Origin: Patescibacteria group bacterium
GTDB lineage: Bacteria; Patescibacteriota; Patescibacteriia; UBA9934; GWF2-40-263
Direction of reading: 5' to 3'
NCBI GenBank assembly: GCA_041661745.1
Contig: JBAZTR010000003.1
Span: 91,007-155,006, forward strand
DNA: 64,000 nt
The position numbers and the translations under genes are program-made. Of this stretch, positions 1-8,797 are shown piece after piece. Below the pieces are notes generated by a model. It worked only from the letters and a program-made list of their open reading frames with translations. It did no database searches and was not told the DNA's origin. Numbering within the stretch: position 1 is the stretch's first letter; each line of letters starts with the position of its first letter.

Positions 1-1
1 G

Positions 2-166
2 GAAGCTAAAATACCTTATACAAACATCGTGAAGGAAACCGGCCTTAGCTCCACCACCGTGGCTCGTGTAGCCAAATGGCTTAATCAAGGTATGCAGGGT
101 TATAAACTGGCTTTGGCCAAACAAAATCAAAATCATCATCATCCTTCCCCTTCCAGGAAAGGATAA
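2..166 (+). CDS. 3' end of TrpR-like YerC/YecD family protein (5' truncated at window edge)
   Basis: Frame starting at nt 2 translates ...TGLSSTTVARVAKWLNQGMQGYKLALAKQ... and stops at TAA 164-166; the C-terminal motif is typical of the YerC/YecD TrpR-like family. Confidence 0.5.
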   Translation, partial: EAKIPYTNIVKETGLSSTTVARVAKWLNQGMQGYKLALAKQNQNHHHPSPSRKG

Positions 167-195
167 GTTTTGATGTTTCAACATTTAAACCAAGA

Positions 196-221
196 CCTCT
201 CCCGGAAGGGAGAGGTTTTTT
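196..221 (+). terminator. Rho-independent terminator
   Basis: Hairpin cctctccc-ggaa-gggagagg followed by a T6 run. Confidence 0.6.
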
Positions 222-242
222 AAACTATCTAATTTTAATTAT

Positions 243-917
243 ATGAAAAATACAACTCTCTTTATTGGCGGAACACACGGTGATGAACCAATTGGCGTCC
301 GTGTTCTTGAAGAACTCTCAAAAGAACGATTGGACTTTGATTGGTTAATCGGCAATGAGCCGGCTCTGCAACAAAACACCCGTGAATTTGAAGGCAATCT
401 AAACCGCAGCGCTCCAGGTGACAAAAACTCATCGCTGTATGCTCCCCGTCGAGCGGCCGAAATTATCGAAATAGCTAAAAACTATCAATACACCATTGAC
501 CTCCATGGCACGGCCACGCCGAGCGGTATCTTTCTAATCATTACCAATCCAAAAGAGGAAAATTTACGTTTAGCTTCCTGGCTTTCAGTATCGCGTGTTG
601 TGATTTGGCCAAGTTTTAGTCCGGAATTAAAAGGTCCACTAAGTGAATATTTTTCTTGCGGTTTGGAAATTGAATGCGGCTCAAAAGACGACCCGCGCAC
701 AGCGAGACAGTTAAAGGAAATACTTAAAAAATTTTTAAACAACGAACAACCAGAACAAAAACAAAAAATTTTTGAGGTTTACGGGTCATTAAAAAACTCA
801 GAGCATCGAAAATTAGAAGACTTCCAATTAACCACAACGGCCGGGGAAACTTTCTACCCACTTCTAGTCGGTGCCTACCCCGGTTTAGTTTGCTACAAAA
901 TGCGCCGACTAAAATAG
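243..917 (+). CDS. Succinylglutamate desuccinylase/aspartoacylase (AstE/AspA, M14-like) family zinc hydrolase
   Basis: N-terminal GGTHGDEPIG and later IDLHG metal-ligand motifs characteristic of the AstE/AspA family. Confidence 0.65.
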   Translation: MKNTTLFIGGTHGDEPIGVRVLEELSKERLDFDWLIGNEPALQQNTREFEGNLNRSAPGDKNSSLYAPRRAAEIIEIAKNYQYTIDLHGTATPSGIFLIITNPKEENLRLASWLSVSRVVIWPSFSPELKGPLSEYFSCGLEIECGSKDDPRTARQLKEILKKFLNNEQPEQKQKIFEVYGSLKNSEHRKLEDFQLTTTAGETFYPLLVGAYPGLVCYKMRRLK

Positions 918-926
918 GAGCCCGAA

Positions 927-1469
927 ATGATTCGCAACGTCCGGTTGTCTGACCTTCCTCGTCTTGTCGAACTTTATCGCGTCTGTTTCCGTGAACCGCC
1001 GTGGTTCGAGGAATTCACGGTCGATGAGGTTATGGCTGACTTCCAAAAAATGCTGGAACTTCCAGAAATAATTTTCCTGGTGGCCGAAAAAGATGATTAT
1101 ATCACTGGCGGTTTTATTGCCTATGACTTCGCTCGACGAGAAGATATCGGAGCGCTGTTGAAAGAACACCCACTTTTCGGCCAAACCATCTATTCAGCCG
1201 AAATCTTTATTGATCCGCGAACGCGCCAGCGTGGTTTGGCTCGTTCCCTTATAGCTGATCACTTGGCCATTGCTAAACGAAATGGCTACACCCACATGGC
1301 TGCTCGTACCTCGATCGACCAACAAATTATTCAACACCTTTATTTGGATTGGTTGGAAGCAGGCGTCGTCGCTCGACAGACGGTTGTTTCTACCAAGATC
1401 ATCGATGGAATAAAAACCGAATCACCGGATGAGCGTGTAATCATGTACGGAAAAATTCCCTCTCTCTAG
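927..1469 (+). CDS. GNAT family N-acetyltransferase
   Basis: Acetyl-CoA binding-type motif QRGLARSLIADHLAIAKRNGY; size 180 aa. Confidence 0.65.
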   Translation: MIRNVRLSDLPRLVELYRVCFREPPWFEEFTVDEVMADFQKMLELPEIIFLVAEKDDYITGGFIAYDFARREDIGALLKEHPLFGQTIYSAEIFIDPRTRQRGLARSLIADHLAIAKRNGYTHMAARTSIDQQIIQHLYLDWLEAGVVARQTVVSTKIIDGIKTESPDERVIMYGKIPSL

Positions 1470-1536
1470 GTCGGCCCAGCCGGCCTTTTTTAAAACAAAA
1501 AAAGAGATTTCTCTCTTCTTTTTTCTTTTAAGAAGC

Positions 1537-2127
1537 TTATTCAAAATCATTTTTCAAATTCGCGCCCGGGGCAAAGACAATCGGGGTCTCGGCAATCTCT
1601 AAAATCAAATCACGAAGGATTGGGTACTCAGGACCCATGTAATGGTCGTCCCCTTTTCTTTCAATAAAACGAGCGCGAATTGACTCGGCTAATTTTTTGC
1701 CGTGTTCAATCGGAACCAACTTGTCGTCCTCGGAATGGATAACAATAAACTCCCGTGCTTTCCACATAATGACGTCAGCATCAAGTTCGTCAACAAACAA
1801 TTGTCGCAGTTCCGGCCGAGAAACTTTCCACGGCGCGGCCACCAAAATGACGGCTCGAGGAATTTCCACCATTTCTGCCGCCTCAAGATATTGCAACATT
1901 AAAAGGGCGCCAAGAGAATGACCAAGCAAAATATCATCACCTTTAAGGTAACCGATTTGTCGTTTCATTTCCTCCATGATCTCCGGCATGTTTAATTCTT
2001 GGCCGGCCTGAAGATTTAGTTTTGGCGAAATAACTTCAAAACCCTTGTCTTGCAATTCACTGCGAAGCCAAGGATGAAAATTTTTATCTGGATCAGCATT
2101 AAAGCCGTGAATTAAAATTATTCTCAT
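1537..2127 (-). CDS. Alpha/beta serine hydrolase, YdeN/RBBP9-like
   Basis: Starts MRIILIHGFNADPDKNFHPWL; nucleophile elbow GHSLGA; ~196 aa, as in the Ser_hydrolase family. Confidence 0.6.
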   Translation of the reverse strand: MRIILIHGFNADPDKNFHPWLRSELQDKGFEVISPKLNLQAGQELNMPEIMEEMKRQIGYLKGDDILLGHSLGALLMLQYLEAAEMVEIPRAVILVAAPWKVSRPELRQLFVDELDADVIMWKAREFIVIHSEDDKLVPIEHGKKLAESIRARFIERKGDDHYMGPEYPILRDLILEIAETPIVFAPGANLKNDFE

Positions 2128-2134
2128 AACTTAT

Positions 2135-2220
2135 TGGTGGGCAGGGAGAGACTCGAACTCTCAATCCTTTTGGGAACTAGCTCCTAAGGCTAGCGCGTAT
2201 ACCAATTCCGCCACCTGCCC
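2135..2220 (-). tRNA. tRNA-Leu (anticodon TAG), long variable arm, CCA encoded
   Basis: Minus strand reads GGGCAGGTGGCGGAATTGGTATACGCGCTAGCCTTAGGAGCTAG...GAGAGTTCGAGTCTCTCCCTGCCCACCA. Anticodon loop CTTAGGA. Close to the E. coli tRNA-Leu architecture. Confidence 0.85.
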
Positions 2221-2242
2221 ATATTTTTTAATTTAAAACAGA

Positions 2243-2365
2243 TAGAGAGACTCGCCCCGCCTTCGGAGGCCTTCGGACGGGGTCCCGCCAAAGGCGGGAA
2301 ACTCTCAATCCTTTTGGGAACTAGCTCCTAAGGCTAGCGCGTATACCAATTCCGCCACTCCAGCG
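2243..2365 (-). pseudogene. Partial/pseudo tRNA-Leu copy with a 45-nt GC-rich insertion in the T-loop and a non-pairing acceptor stem
   Basis: Minus strand repeats the tRNA-Leu sequence TGGCGGAATTGGTATACGCGCTAGCCTTAGGAGCTAGTTCCCAAAAGGATTGAGAGTT, then the insertion TCCCGCCTTTGGCGGGACCCCGTCCGAAGGCCTCCGAAGGCGGGG, then CGAGTCTCTC. The 5' GCTGGAG has no complementary 3' strand. Confidence 0.6.
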
Positions 2366-2418
2366 TTAAAAACAAAAAAATCTTACCTTAATCAGCAAAA
2401 TAATTCAACTCTGGGGAC

Positions 2419-2447
2419 TTGACATAAACAAATAAATCATATAGATT
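2419..2447 (+). promoter_or_regulatory. Sigma70-type promoter (TTGACA - 17 nt - TAGATT)
   Basis: TTGACA at 2419-2424, a 17-nt spacer, TAGATT at 2442-2447. AGGAG RBS and a TTG start at 2485 follow. Confidence 0.55.
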
Positions 2448-2484
2448 AAGCAACCTGGTTCTTTCACCCTCGAAAGGAGAAAAA

Positions 2485-3366
2485 TTGTCTTCCCTGACAC
2501 TCCAGGTAGTTCGGCCGATCGAAGAACTGGCCGACCGTCTGGAGTTCACTCAGAATTCCATGCCTGACGGTTGGTTGGAAATCGTACGATATGTCAGATG
2601 GAAGGGGGGCTATTTCGCTAAGAGTATTGAGCGAGAGCCACTGGAAGACGTTTTCGAGATCGAAAGAGACAATCGGGACATAGCCCTAAAGAACGAAAGA
2701 GAACTAACCGAAGCTGTGGCTGAGTACTTCAGGGCCACCGAAGAACCAATGCGCTCGGTTGTCCTGGCTATGTTCACTTTTGGAATGCTCGATAAAATCG
2801 GGCGGGAGAATAAGGATAAGAAGCGAAGGCCGAGAGCTATCGACATCGCTTCGATTATGCAGGGTGCTCTGACCAGAGCTTTTCTCAACATGAGCTACCC
2901 GGAAAGGTGTGAGTTCCACCGCGCCATTCCGAATTGGTCGAAGACTGACCCCACGGCTTGGGAAAGATCCTTTGCCGGAGCCGCCGCTTCGGCCCGACTT
3001 GCTTATGCCTTTCTGCAAGACGATCGCAACGTTGTGTACATGCCGGCCGCCTACTACGATATCCACTGCAGCGGCGACCTGGTGGTGACCTCGGGGGACG
3101 ATATTTTCTACCTCCAAATCAAAGGATGTGGAGGCATCCGGCACAGCAACCTGAAGGTTGTCGTGAAACCGGAAGGAAAGGTTCAACACCGCCTTACAAA
3201 GGGGGCTCAACAATTCGCCATGGCCATCGGCCGACAGGTGACTCCTGTCATCGCCGAGATCGGCTTGGTCAAACAAGCTCCCTTCGATCTTGAAACTTGT
3301 GACCTGGTTCGTCGAGCAGCCGAGGAACTGCTCGGCAAACGTGAACCAAAGGTCATGGCGCGCTAA
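2485..3366 (+). CDS. Hypothetical protein (moderately elevated GC)
   Basis: 293-aa ORF with a TTG start after an AGGAG RBS. No recognisable family. Long antisense ORFs across it fit higher GC than the background. Confidence 0.5.
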   Translation: MSSLTLQVVRPIEELADRLEFTQNSMPDGWLEIVRYVRWKGGYFAKSIEREPLEDVFEIERDNRDIALKNERELTEAVAEYFRATEEPMRSVVLAMFTFGMLDKIGRENKDKKRRPRAIDIASIMQGALTRAFLNMSYPERCEFHRAIPNWSKTDPTAWERSFAGAAASARLAYAFLQDDRNVVYMPAAYYDIHCSGDLVVTSGDDIFYLQIKGCGGIRHSNLKVVVKPEGKVQHRLTKGAQQFAMAIGRQVTPVIAEIGLVKQAPFDLETCDLVRRAAEELLGKREPKVMAR

Positions 3367-3504
3367 CCCCGCGCTTATTTTTTTATTTTTCCACAACGAC
3401 ACCTCGACAAGCTCGGTATCAATCCTGTTAAAAATAGATTTATCCACTAAAACAGGATTGACAAAAAACAAAAATTATGATGTATTGTGATCAAGCAACA
3501 AAAG

Positions 3505-3567
3505 GAAACGACTCCCCACAACTTACATAGAACATCCAAAGTGTTTTGTGTATCGGGGAGTCGTTTC
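3505..3567 (+). other. Long inverted repeat/hairpin in the 5' region of the LTD surface-protein gene
   Basis: gaaacgactcccc ... ggggagtcgtttc forms a 13-bp perfect stem with a ~37-nt loop, followed by a T-rich tract. Confidence 0.4.
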
Positions 3568-3631
3568 TTTTCTCGTTAACGAGGGTATGGCTGTTCGCGA
3601 CAGTCACGAAAGATCATTAACAATTAAATAT

Positions 3632-6208
3632 ATGAAGCAAAAAATCTGCCTCTTGGTGATTGGCGTGCTATTAATTTCTTCATTCAGTACAACCGACACA
3701 GCTGAGGCAGAAAATTCATGTGCCACCCCCGTCTTCTTTTCAGAAATCGGTTGGGCCGGATCATCAAAAGGCGCGGCTGATGAATGGCTGGAGTTGGCAA
3801 ATGCCGGAGAAACGGAATTCAACCTGACTGGTTGGATAATTGAAGGGGCCGGCACTAACAACTCGGCTCTCTCCCTACCTGAAGGCGTCATTATCTCTCC
3901 GCGCTCGACATACCTAGTCGCTAACTACAGCGCCGAGAGTGATAAATCGTCTTTGGCCACCCCGCCGAATTATGTGAATACAGCTATCTCGCTCTCGAAC
4001 TCAACTATTCATTTAATTCTAAAGGACCAAAACGGTTGTCTAATTGACGAAGCCGGTGACGGCGGTGCTCCATTCTTTGGCGGAACAGGAACAGAGGGAA
4101 CGGTTTCAATGATTCGTCTTGAACCAATAATCCAGGGGGCTCTACCCACAGCCTGGACAGCAAGCGAAACCTCTAATGGTTTCGACAATTCTATTGATTT
4201 GGGGACGCCAGGAACAATTAGTTGGGTAAATGTATTATCATCCTCGGTTGAACAAATTGTGGAGGAAACCATACCTCTACCTGAACCTCTCCCTGAAGAC
4301 GAGGGAGAAGCAGTGGAAGTAATCGAGGAAGTTATTCCTGAGACTACAGAACCAACAGTGACAGAAGAAATAATTGAAACAGAAATTATTCCCTCCGCAC
4401 AAGAGCAGCCTGAAGAAATAGAGGCTGAGGGCGAGGGAGAACTCGAAGAAATTATTGAGGAAGCAGAACTCGAAGAAGTTTCTGATCAAACGGTAATTTC
4501 ATATTCCGTCGGCGAACTGTTGATTAACGAATTTGTTTCTGATCCGGTGAGTGGGGAGAAAGAATGGGTTGAGGTGATAAATCCGAACAACAAAAATCTT
4601 TCTCTTGTTGGCTGGAAGGTCTCCGACGAATCAGGAAGAACTGTCCCTCTACCAGAAGTCGAACTTGGTTACGGGCAAGTCGCCGTGGCCGAATTTTCCT
4701 CGAGTACTCTGAAAAATAATGGTGACAAAATTAAAATTATTGCTCCGGACGAAACCGTGATTCATGAAATTGAATATGGCACGGCCTCGATTCCGACGAC
4801 GACTGATCCTTATTCAGTTGCTCGCGGGGCTGACGACAATTTCGTGGTAACTGAAACACCAACAAAGGGAAAAATGAATATCATTACAACCACAGTGACA
4901 ATAACTAAGACGACGACATGCGAGGTCTCCGTGGATGAAGAGGACGAAGTGGACGAGGAGGTTTCTTCAACAGAAATTATCGAAGAGACCGCGCTCCCAA
5001 ACATTCGTCTTTCCGAACTCTATCCCAACACCGATGGAGCCGACGCCACCGATGAATTCATTGAGCTGGAAAACTATGGCTCGGAGACAATTGATTTGTT
5101 TGGTCTGACCTTAAAAGATGCGGCCGAAAACGACTGGTCGTTTACCGACCATACCGAACTGGCCGCGGGGAAATTCCTAGTTATCAGCCGAACCGAATAT
5201 CAATTCGCTCTTAATAATTCGGGCAGTGAAACAGTGACACTTTATTCAACTGGTGGAACACTGCTCGACCAAATCCAATATGAAAACGCACCAAAAAAAT
5301 CAACCTATGCGCGCGACGGCAATATATGGCGTTGGACTTCAATCGTTACGCCAAATGAACCGAATCGCTTTTCGGAAACTGTCGAGTCAGAAGATAACGG
5401 ACTGGTTCGACAAGCTAGTACCGATATCAATAACGAAAGAGTTGATGCGTCAGAATCCACTGTCAGCGTAACCATTGCCGAAGCTCGTGGTCTAGCTAAG
5501 GACACCAAGGTAACAGTGGAAGGAATTGTTGCTGTTTCCCCTGGCATCTTTGGTCGACAAATCTTCTATCTATCCGACAACGTGGCTGGTATTCAGATTT
5601 ACAAATCTGATGGTAATTTTCCGGAACTGTTAGTCGGCGACCTGGTGGAATTAGGCGGCACTATCAGCTCTAACCGCGGTGAGCCGAGAATAAAGCTAAA
5701 TCAAACGGGTGAAATCTTGGTTGTCGCGGGCGAAACTGTTCTGGACATCACTGATCGTAAAATCGTGACCGAGGCGGAGGCCGGACAGCTCATAAGACTG
5801 GCCGGAATGGTCACAGAAAAATCTAGCGACCGTTTTACAATGGAAACCAGTGGTGGGTTGTCAGAAATAAGAATAAAAGAAAACACCGGAATCTCTTTGT
5901 CTGAACTTAAACCTGGAAGTCAAATTACTGTTACCGGGATTGTCGGACAATCAGAAGAAAACTATTTTCTTTTACCGCGCTCGGTTGATGACTTAGTTAT
6001 CGCCGTGGCCGTGGCTGCTGTTGAGTCGACTGTTCCCACTGAACCAACTGGCAAACAAACAGCCGAAACAGCGAACCAAAAGAATGCGATTTACATCGGC
6101 TCAGCTGTTATTGTCGGATTAATTATCTACGCCGTCAGTAAACGCCGCGGCCATAAAACAAAATCATATGAAAAAACCAACAAATTTTCTTTTGCTCCAA
6201 CAGGATGA
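3632..6208 (+). CDS. Large secreted surface protein with lamin-tail-domain (LTD) repeats, an acidic E/I/T-rich repeat region, an OB-fold (extracellular-nuclease-like DNA-binding) domain and a C-terminal TM anchor
   Basis: Signal peptide MKQKICLLVIGVLLISSFSTTDTAEA. Three LTD-like motifs (EWLELANAGE..LTGW, EWVEVINPNN..LVGWKV, EFIELENYGSE.IDL.GL). OB-fold-like segment VTVEGIVAVSPGIFGRQIFYLSDNVAGIQIY. C-terminal IYIGSAVIVGLIIYAVSKRR. The track ORF begins at 3548; the start at the signal peptide is 3632. Confidence 0.75.
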   Translation: MKQKICLLVIGVLLISSFSTTDTAEAENSCATPVFFSEIGWAGSSKGAADEWLELANAGETEFNLTGWIIEGAGTNNSALSLPEGVIISPRSTYLVANYSAESDKSSLATPPNYVNTAISLSNSTIHLILKDQNGCLIDEAGDGGAPFFGGTGTEGTVSMIRLEPIIQGALPTAWTASETSNGFDNSIDLGTPGTISWVNVLSSSVEQIVEETIPLPEPLPEDEGEAVEVIEEVIPETTEPTVTEEIIETEIIPSAQEQPEEIEAEGEGELEEIIEEAELEEVSDQTVISYSVGELLINEFVSDPVSGEKEWVEVINPNNKNLSLVGWKVSDESGRTVPLPEVELGYGQVAVAEFSSSTLKNNGDKIKIIAPDETVIHEIEYGTASIPTTTDPYSVARGADDNFVVTETPTKGKMNIITTTVTITKTTTCEVSVDEEDEVDEEVSSTEIIEETALPNIRLSELYPNTDGADATDEFIELENYGSETIDLFGLTLKDAAENDWSFTDHTELAAGKFLVISRTEYQFALNNSGSETVTLYSTGGTLLDQIQYENAPKKSTYARDGNIWRWTSIVTPNEPNRFSETVESEDNGLVRQASTDINNERVDASESTVSVTIAEARGLAKDTKVTVEGIVAVSPGIFGRQIFYLSDNVAGIQIYKSDGNFPELLVGDLVELGGTISSNRGEPRIKLNQTGEILVVAGETVLDITDRKIVTEAEAGQLIRLAGMVTEKSSDRFTMETSGGLSEIRIKENTGISLSELKPGSQITVTGIVGQSEENYFLLPRSVDDLVIAVAVAAVESTVPTEPTGKQTAETANQKNAIYIGSAVIVGLIIYAVSKRRGHKTKSYEKTNKFSFAPTG

Positions 6209-6404
6209 TTTTGAACGCGCGGCTTATGCCTATGGCATTCAACCGACCGTTTGCACTCTGCTCGGTGAAGTGGTCTACCGAAAGCTCCGCGCCGCCTGGC
6301 AGAATGGCTGGTGGCAAGCCATTGGTCGTTTAAGCACCAATGTCCTACCAGCCGAAACTAATAATTAACATAAAGACGCAAAAAAAATACGTCTCAAAAA
6401 ATAT

Positions 6405-6611
6405 ATGGAAAACGACAAAAAAAATTGGTTTGAAAACTTAACTTCCGAATGCAACAGTATGGCCGAACGTTTTGGTCTTGATGATTTTCACATGAGCGAG
6501 CTACGTCAGTTTGTGGAACGTGTCGCTCGCGAACAGTTTAAGAGTGGCAGCAAATCCGGTTATTGGTGGGCAAAAAAGGGAGAAAAACAAGCTGCCGCCG
6601 CAGCCGCGTAA
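6405..6611 (+). CDS. Small hypothetical protein
   Basis: 68-aa ORF ending in an Ala run; intergenic position followed by a hairpin plus T-run. No family assignment. Confidence 0.3.
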   Translation: MENDKKNWFENLTSECNSMAERFGLDDFHMSELRQFVERVAREQFKSGSKSGYWWAKKGEKQAAAAAA

Positions 6612-6664
6612 TTCCGACTTGAATCTCTAAAACAAAAACACCCCGGAAAATTCCGAGGTGTTTT

Positions 6665-6739
<75 letters not shown>

Positions 6740-6763
6740 ATTGTTTTATTTTACCACTGCGTG

Positions 6764-6806
6764 TCCGCCATAGCTCGCCTCGAGCGACGGCGGAAACTGC
6801 TGCCGC
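6764..6806 (-). repeat. tRNA-Gly upstream element: duplicate of the tRNA 5' end (GCGGCAGCAGT) followed by a TCCGCC...GGCGGA hairpin
   Basis: In tRNA orientation: GCGGCAGCAGT-TTCCGCC-GTCGCTCGAGGCGAGCTAT-GGCGGA, about 55 nt upstream of the intact tRNA-Gly. Same architecture as at the Leu, Ser and Ala loci. Confidence 0.5.
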
Positions 6807-6891
6807 ATTTTTTGACGGAAAAAATATATCATATCCCCAGAATTCTGACAACCCTTTTCAAATCGGAGTTTTTTTGTTAATCTTCTCGCCG

Positions 6892-6979
6892 TGGGCAAGT
6901 GGCGGAGCTGGTATACGCGGAGGACTTAAAATCCTCTGGCCGCAAGGCCTCGTGGGTTCGAATCCCACCTTGCCCACCA
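6892..6979 (+). tRNA. tRNA-Leu (anticodon TAA), long variable arm, CCA encoded
   Basis: GGGCAAGTGGCGGAGCTGGTATACGCGGAGGACTTAAAATCCTCTGGCCGCAAGGCCTCGTGGGTTCGAATCCCACCTTGCCCACCA. Confidence 0.9.
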
Positions 6980-7039
6980 AGCAGCTGTCTGACCCGCCAA
7001 ACTAAGCTTGATCAACCAATACCAGACAGCCAATTCAAT

Positions 7040-8728
7040 ATGAAACACTCAGCTCTTAGAATCGCGCTCTTTGCCCTTTTTTTAGGCGTCGTCTTCGACA
7101 CTTTGCTTTACCAAGCTTACGTGCCAGGAATCAACATCTTTTTACTCCAAATCGCTGTTTGCGCCGTCCTGTATTTTCTCATACGCCCCACTGACGTGAA
7201 ACTCACAAAACAGATTCTTGTCGCCGGAATATTTTCTTTACTTTTTGCGGGTACGTTTGCTATTTGGACTTCGCCGATTGGACTTGCCTTAAGCGTTATT
7301 GGCCTTGTCTGTGCAAATGCACTTCTCATTTTGTTTGTCTGGGGTCACCACGGTATTTTTCAACATCCTTTTTCTATCATCGGCGACACACTACGCTATA
7401 GTATTGAAGTATTTTTAACACACGTCAACATTTTCGGAGACATCAGACTTCCTAAAATGGGCACAAAAGGATCGGCCATCGTCCGCGGTTGCCTTGTTGC
7501 TCTGCCGATTTTGATTATCTTTTCTCTGCTCTTTGTCTCCTCTGATCTCATGTTGCAAATAAAAACTCAAAATATCCAAATCTGGCTTTCAAATGTTTTC
7601 GGACCTTACAACATTGTCGCACATCTCTTTTTCGTCGTACTTTTCACGCTCTTTTTCCTAATTGTCCTGGCAGCTACCTTCTGGAAACGCCTAAATTTTT
7701 CCCTTCCTAAAATCACGGAAAGCCATAGTCGCATTGAAAGCGCTGTCATTCTTCTTACAAGCAACGCCCTCTTTCTTTTTTTTCTTGTTTTCCAAGGATA
7801 TTACTTATTTGGCGGGCAAAAAGCTTTCGCCAGTATCGAAAATCTGACCTATTCAGAGTATGCTGTCGCGGGATTTAATCAGCTTGCCGTCGTCGCTACG
7901 CTTGTCCTTTTACTCATTCTGACGTTGCGCCATTTTCACGGATCAGAAATAAAAATGAAACTCGTGTCTTTTACAGAATTTGGACTCTTGGTTCAGACGA
8001 TCGCTCTTCTAATCTCTGCTTGGATTCGTCTACAAATGTATGTTGGGGAATATGGATTTACGCCCGCAAGATTATTCGGATTTTGGTTCTTTCTCTCAAG
8101 CGCGCTCCTAGCCGCCCTCCTGGGAGTTCATATTGCACGCTCCCTTTCTCAAGCTAAATTTATTTCCCAGGCACTCGTTTTTATGGGCTGCGCCATGCTT
8201 ATTTTTACCGCCTGTGCGCCTGACGCCCTTACCGTACGGCTCAACATTGCTCGTGCGGAACAAACAGGAAAGCTTGATCCTTTTCCTCTCTTTGATCAAT
8301 TATCGGCCGAGGCCTTTCCTCTTATGAGCACGGTGCTCTTTAGCGATCAATATCCGATTGGAAAACTTGATGCCGCCATCACAGATTATTGTCCTTTCGT
8401 GCGAGCGCATTATCGAGATGGATACATTTTAAACTTTACTCTCATTCCAGAACCACTAAAAGACGAAGCGCTGGCAACAGACGTCTACATACGGCAAGAA
8501 ATCGCTGATTTTCAAAATCGCTGGCTCACGCAGCCGGTTAATAAAGAAGGGGAGAATAAATTTCATTTCAGAAACGCTGATTGGAGATCATGGAATCTTG
8601 CCCGTGTATTCCTCCCAACCGAAACTCAAAACCCCATCATCACCTACGGCATACCCTTTCCCGCAGATCAAATTGCCAATGCCTGCGGAATGTATGTCGG
8701 GGATCCACAGACACAGCCAGAGGAGTAA
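7040..8728 (+). CDS. Polytopic integral membrane protein, hypothetical
   Basis: Many hydrophobic helices (MKHSALRIALFALFLGVVF...) and a C-terminal soluble region. The track ORF (6899) begins inside tRNA-Leu, so the start is placed at the first ATG after the tRNA. Confidence 0.55.
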   Translation: MKHSALRIALFALFLGVVFDTLLYQAYVPGINIFLLQIAVCAVLYFLIRPTDVKLTKQILVAGIFSLLFAGTFAIWTSPIGLALSVIGLVCANALLILFVWGHHGIFQHPFSIIGDTLRYSIEVFLTHVNIFGDIRLPKMGTKGSAIVRGCLVALPILIIFSLLFVSSDLMLQIKTQNIQIWLSNVFGPYNIVAHLFFVVLFTLFFLIVLAATFWKRLNFSLPKITESHSRIESAVILLTSNALFLFFLVFQGYYLFGGQKAFASIENLTYSEYAVAGFNQLAVVATLVLLLILTLRHFHGSEIKMKLVSFTEFGLLVQTIALLISAWIRLQMYVGEYGFTPARLFGFWFFLSSALLAALLGVHIARSLSQAKFISQALVFMGCAMLIFTACAPDALTVRLNIARAEQTGKLDPFPLFDQLSAEAFPLMSTVLFSDQYPIGKLDAAITDYCPFVRAHYRDGYILNFTLIPEPLKDEALATDVYIRQEIADFQNRWLTQPVNKEGENKFHFRNADWRSWNLARVFLPTETQNPIITYGIPFPADQIANACGMYVGDPQTQPEE

Positions 8729-8762
8729 CCAGCAACTTTCCTATTACTTCAATGCACCAATC

Positions 8763-8797
8763 AAAACAACCGGTCAAAACTGGTTGTTTTGATTTTT
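8763..8797 (+). terminator. Rho-independent terminator
   Basis: aaacaacc-ggtcaaaact-ggttgttt followed by a T run. Confidence 0.55.

Noticed and set aside
2704-3471. 255-aa minus-strand ORF
   Set aside because: Antisense to the better-supported 2485-3366 gene (promoter, RBS); an artefact of elevated GC.
4270-4500. Repetitive acidic region (EEVIPETTEP..., EEIIEEAELEE)
   Set aside because: It is in-frame low-complexity coding sequence of the LTD protein, not a CRISPR array or a non-coding tandem repeat.
6168-6368. 66-aa ORF overlapping the end of the LTD gene
   Set aside because: Overlaps the 3' end of a well-supported CDS, with no RBS or promoter; likely spurious.
6899-7039. N-terminal 47 codons of the 609-aa track ORF
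   Set aside because: This segment lies inside tRNA-Leu(TAA) (6892-6979); the membrane protein most likely starts at the ATG at 7040.
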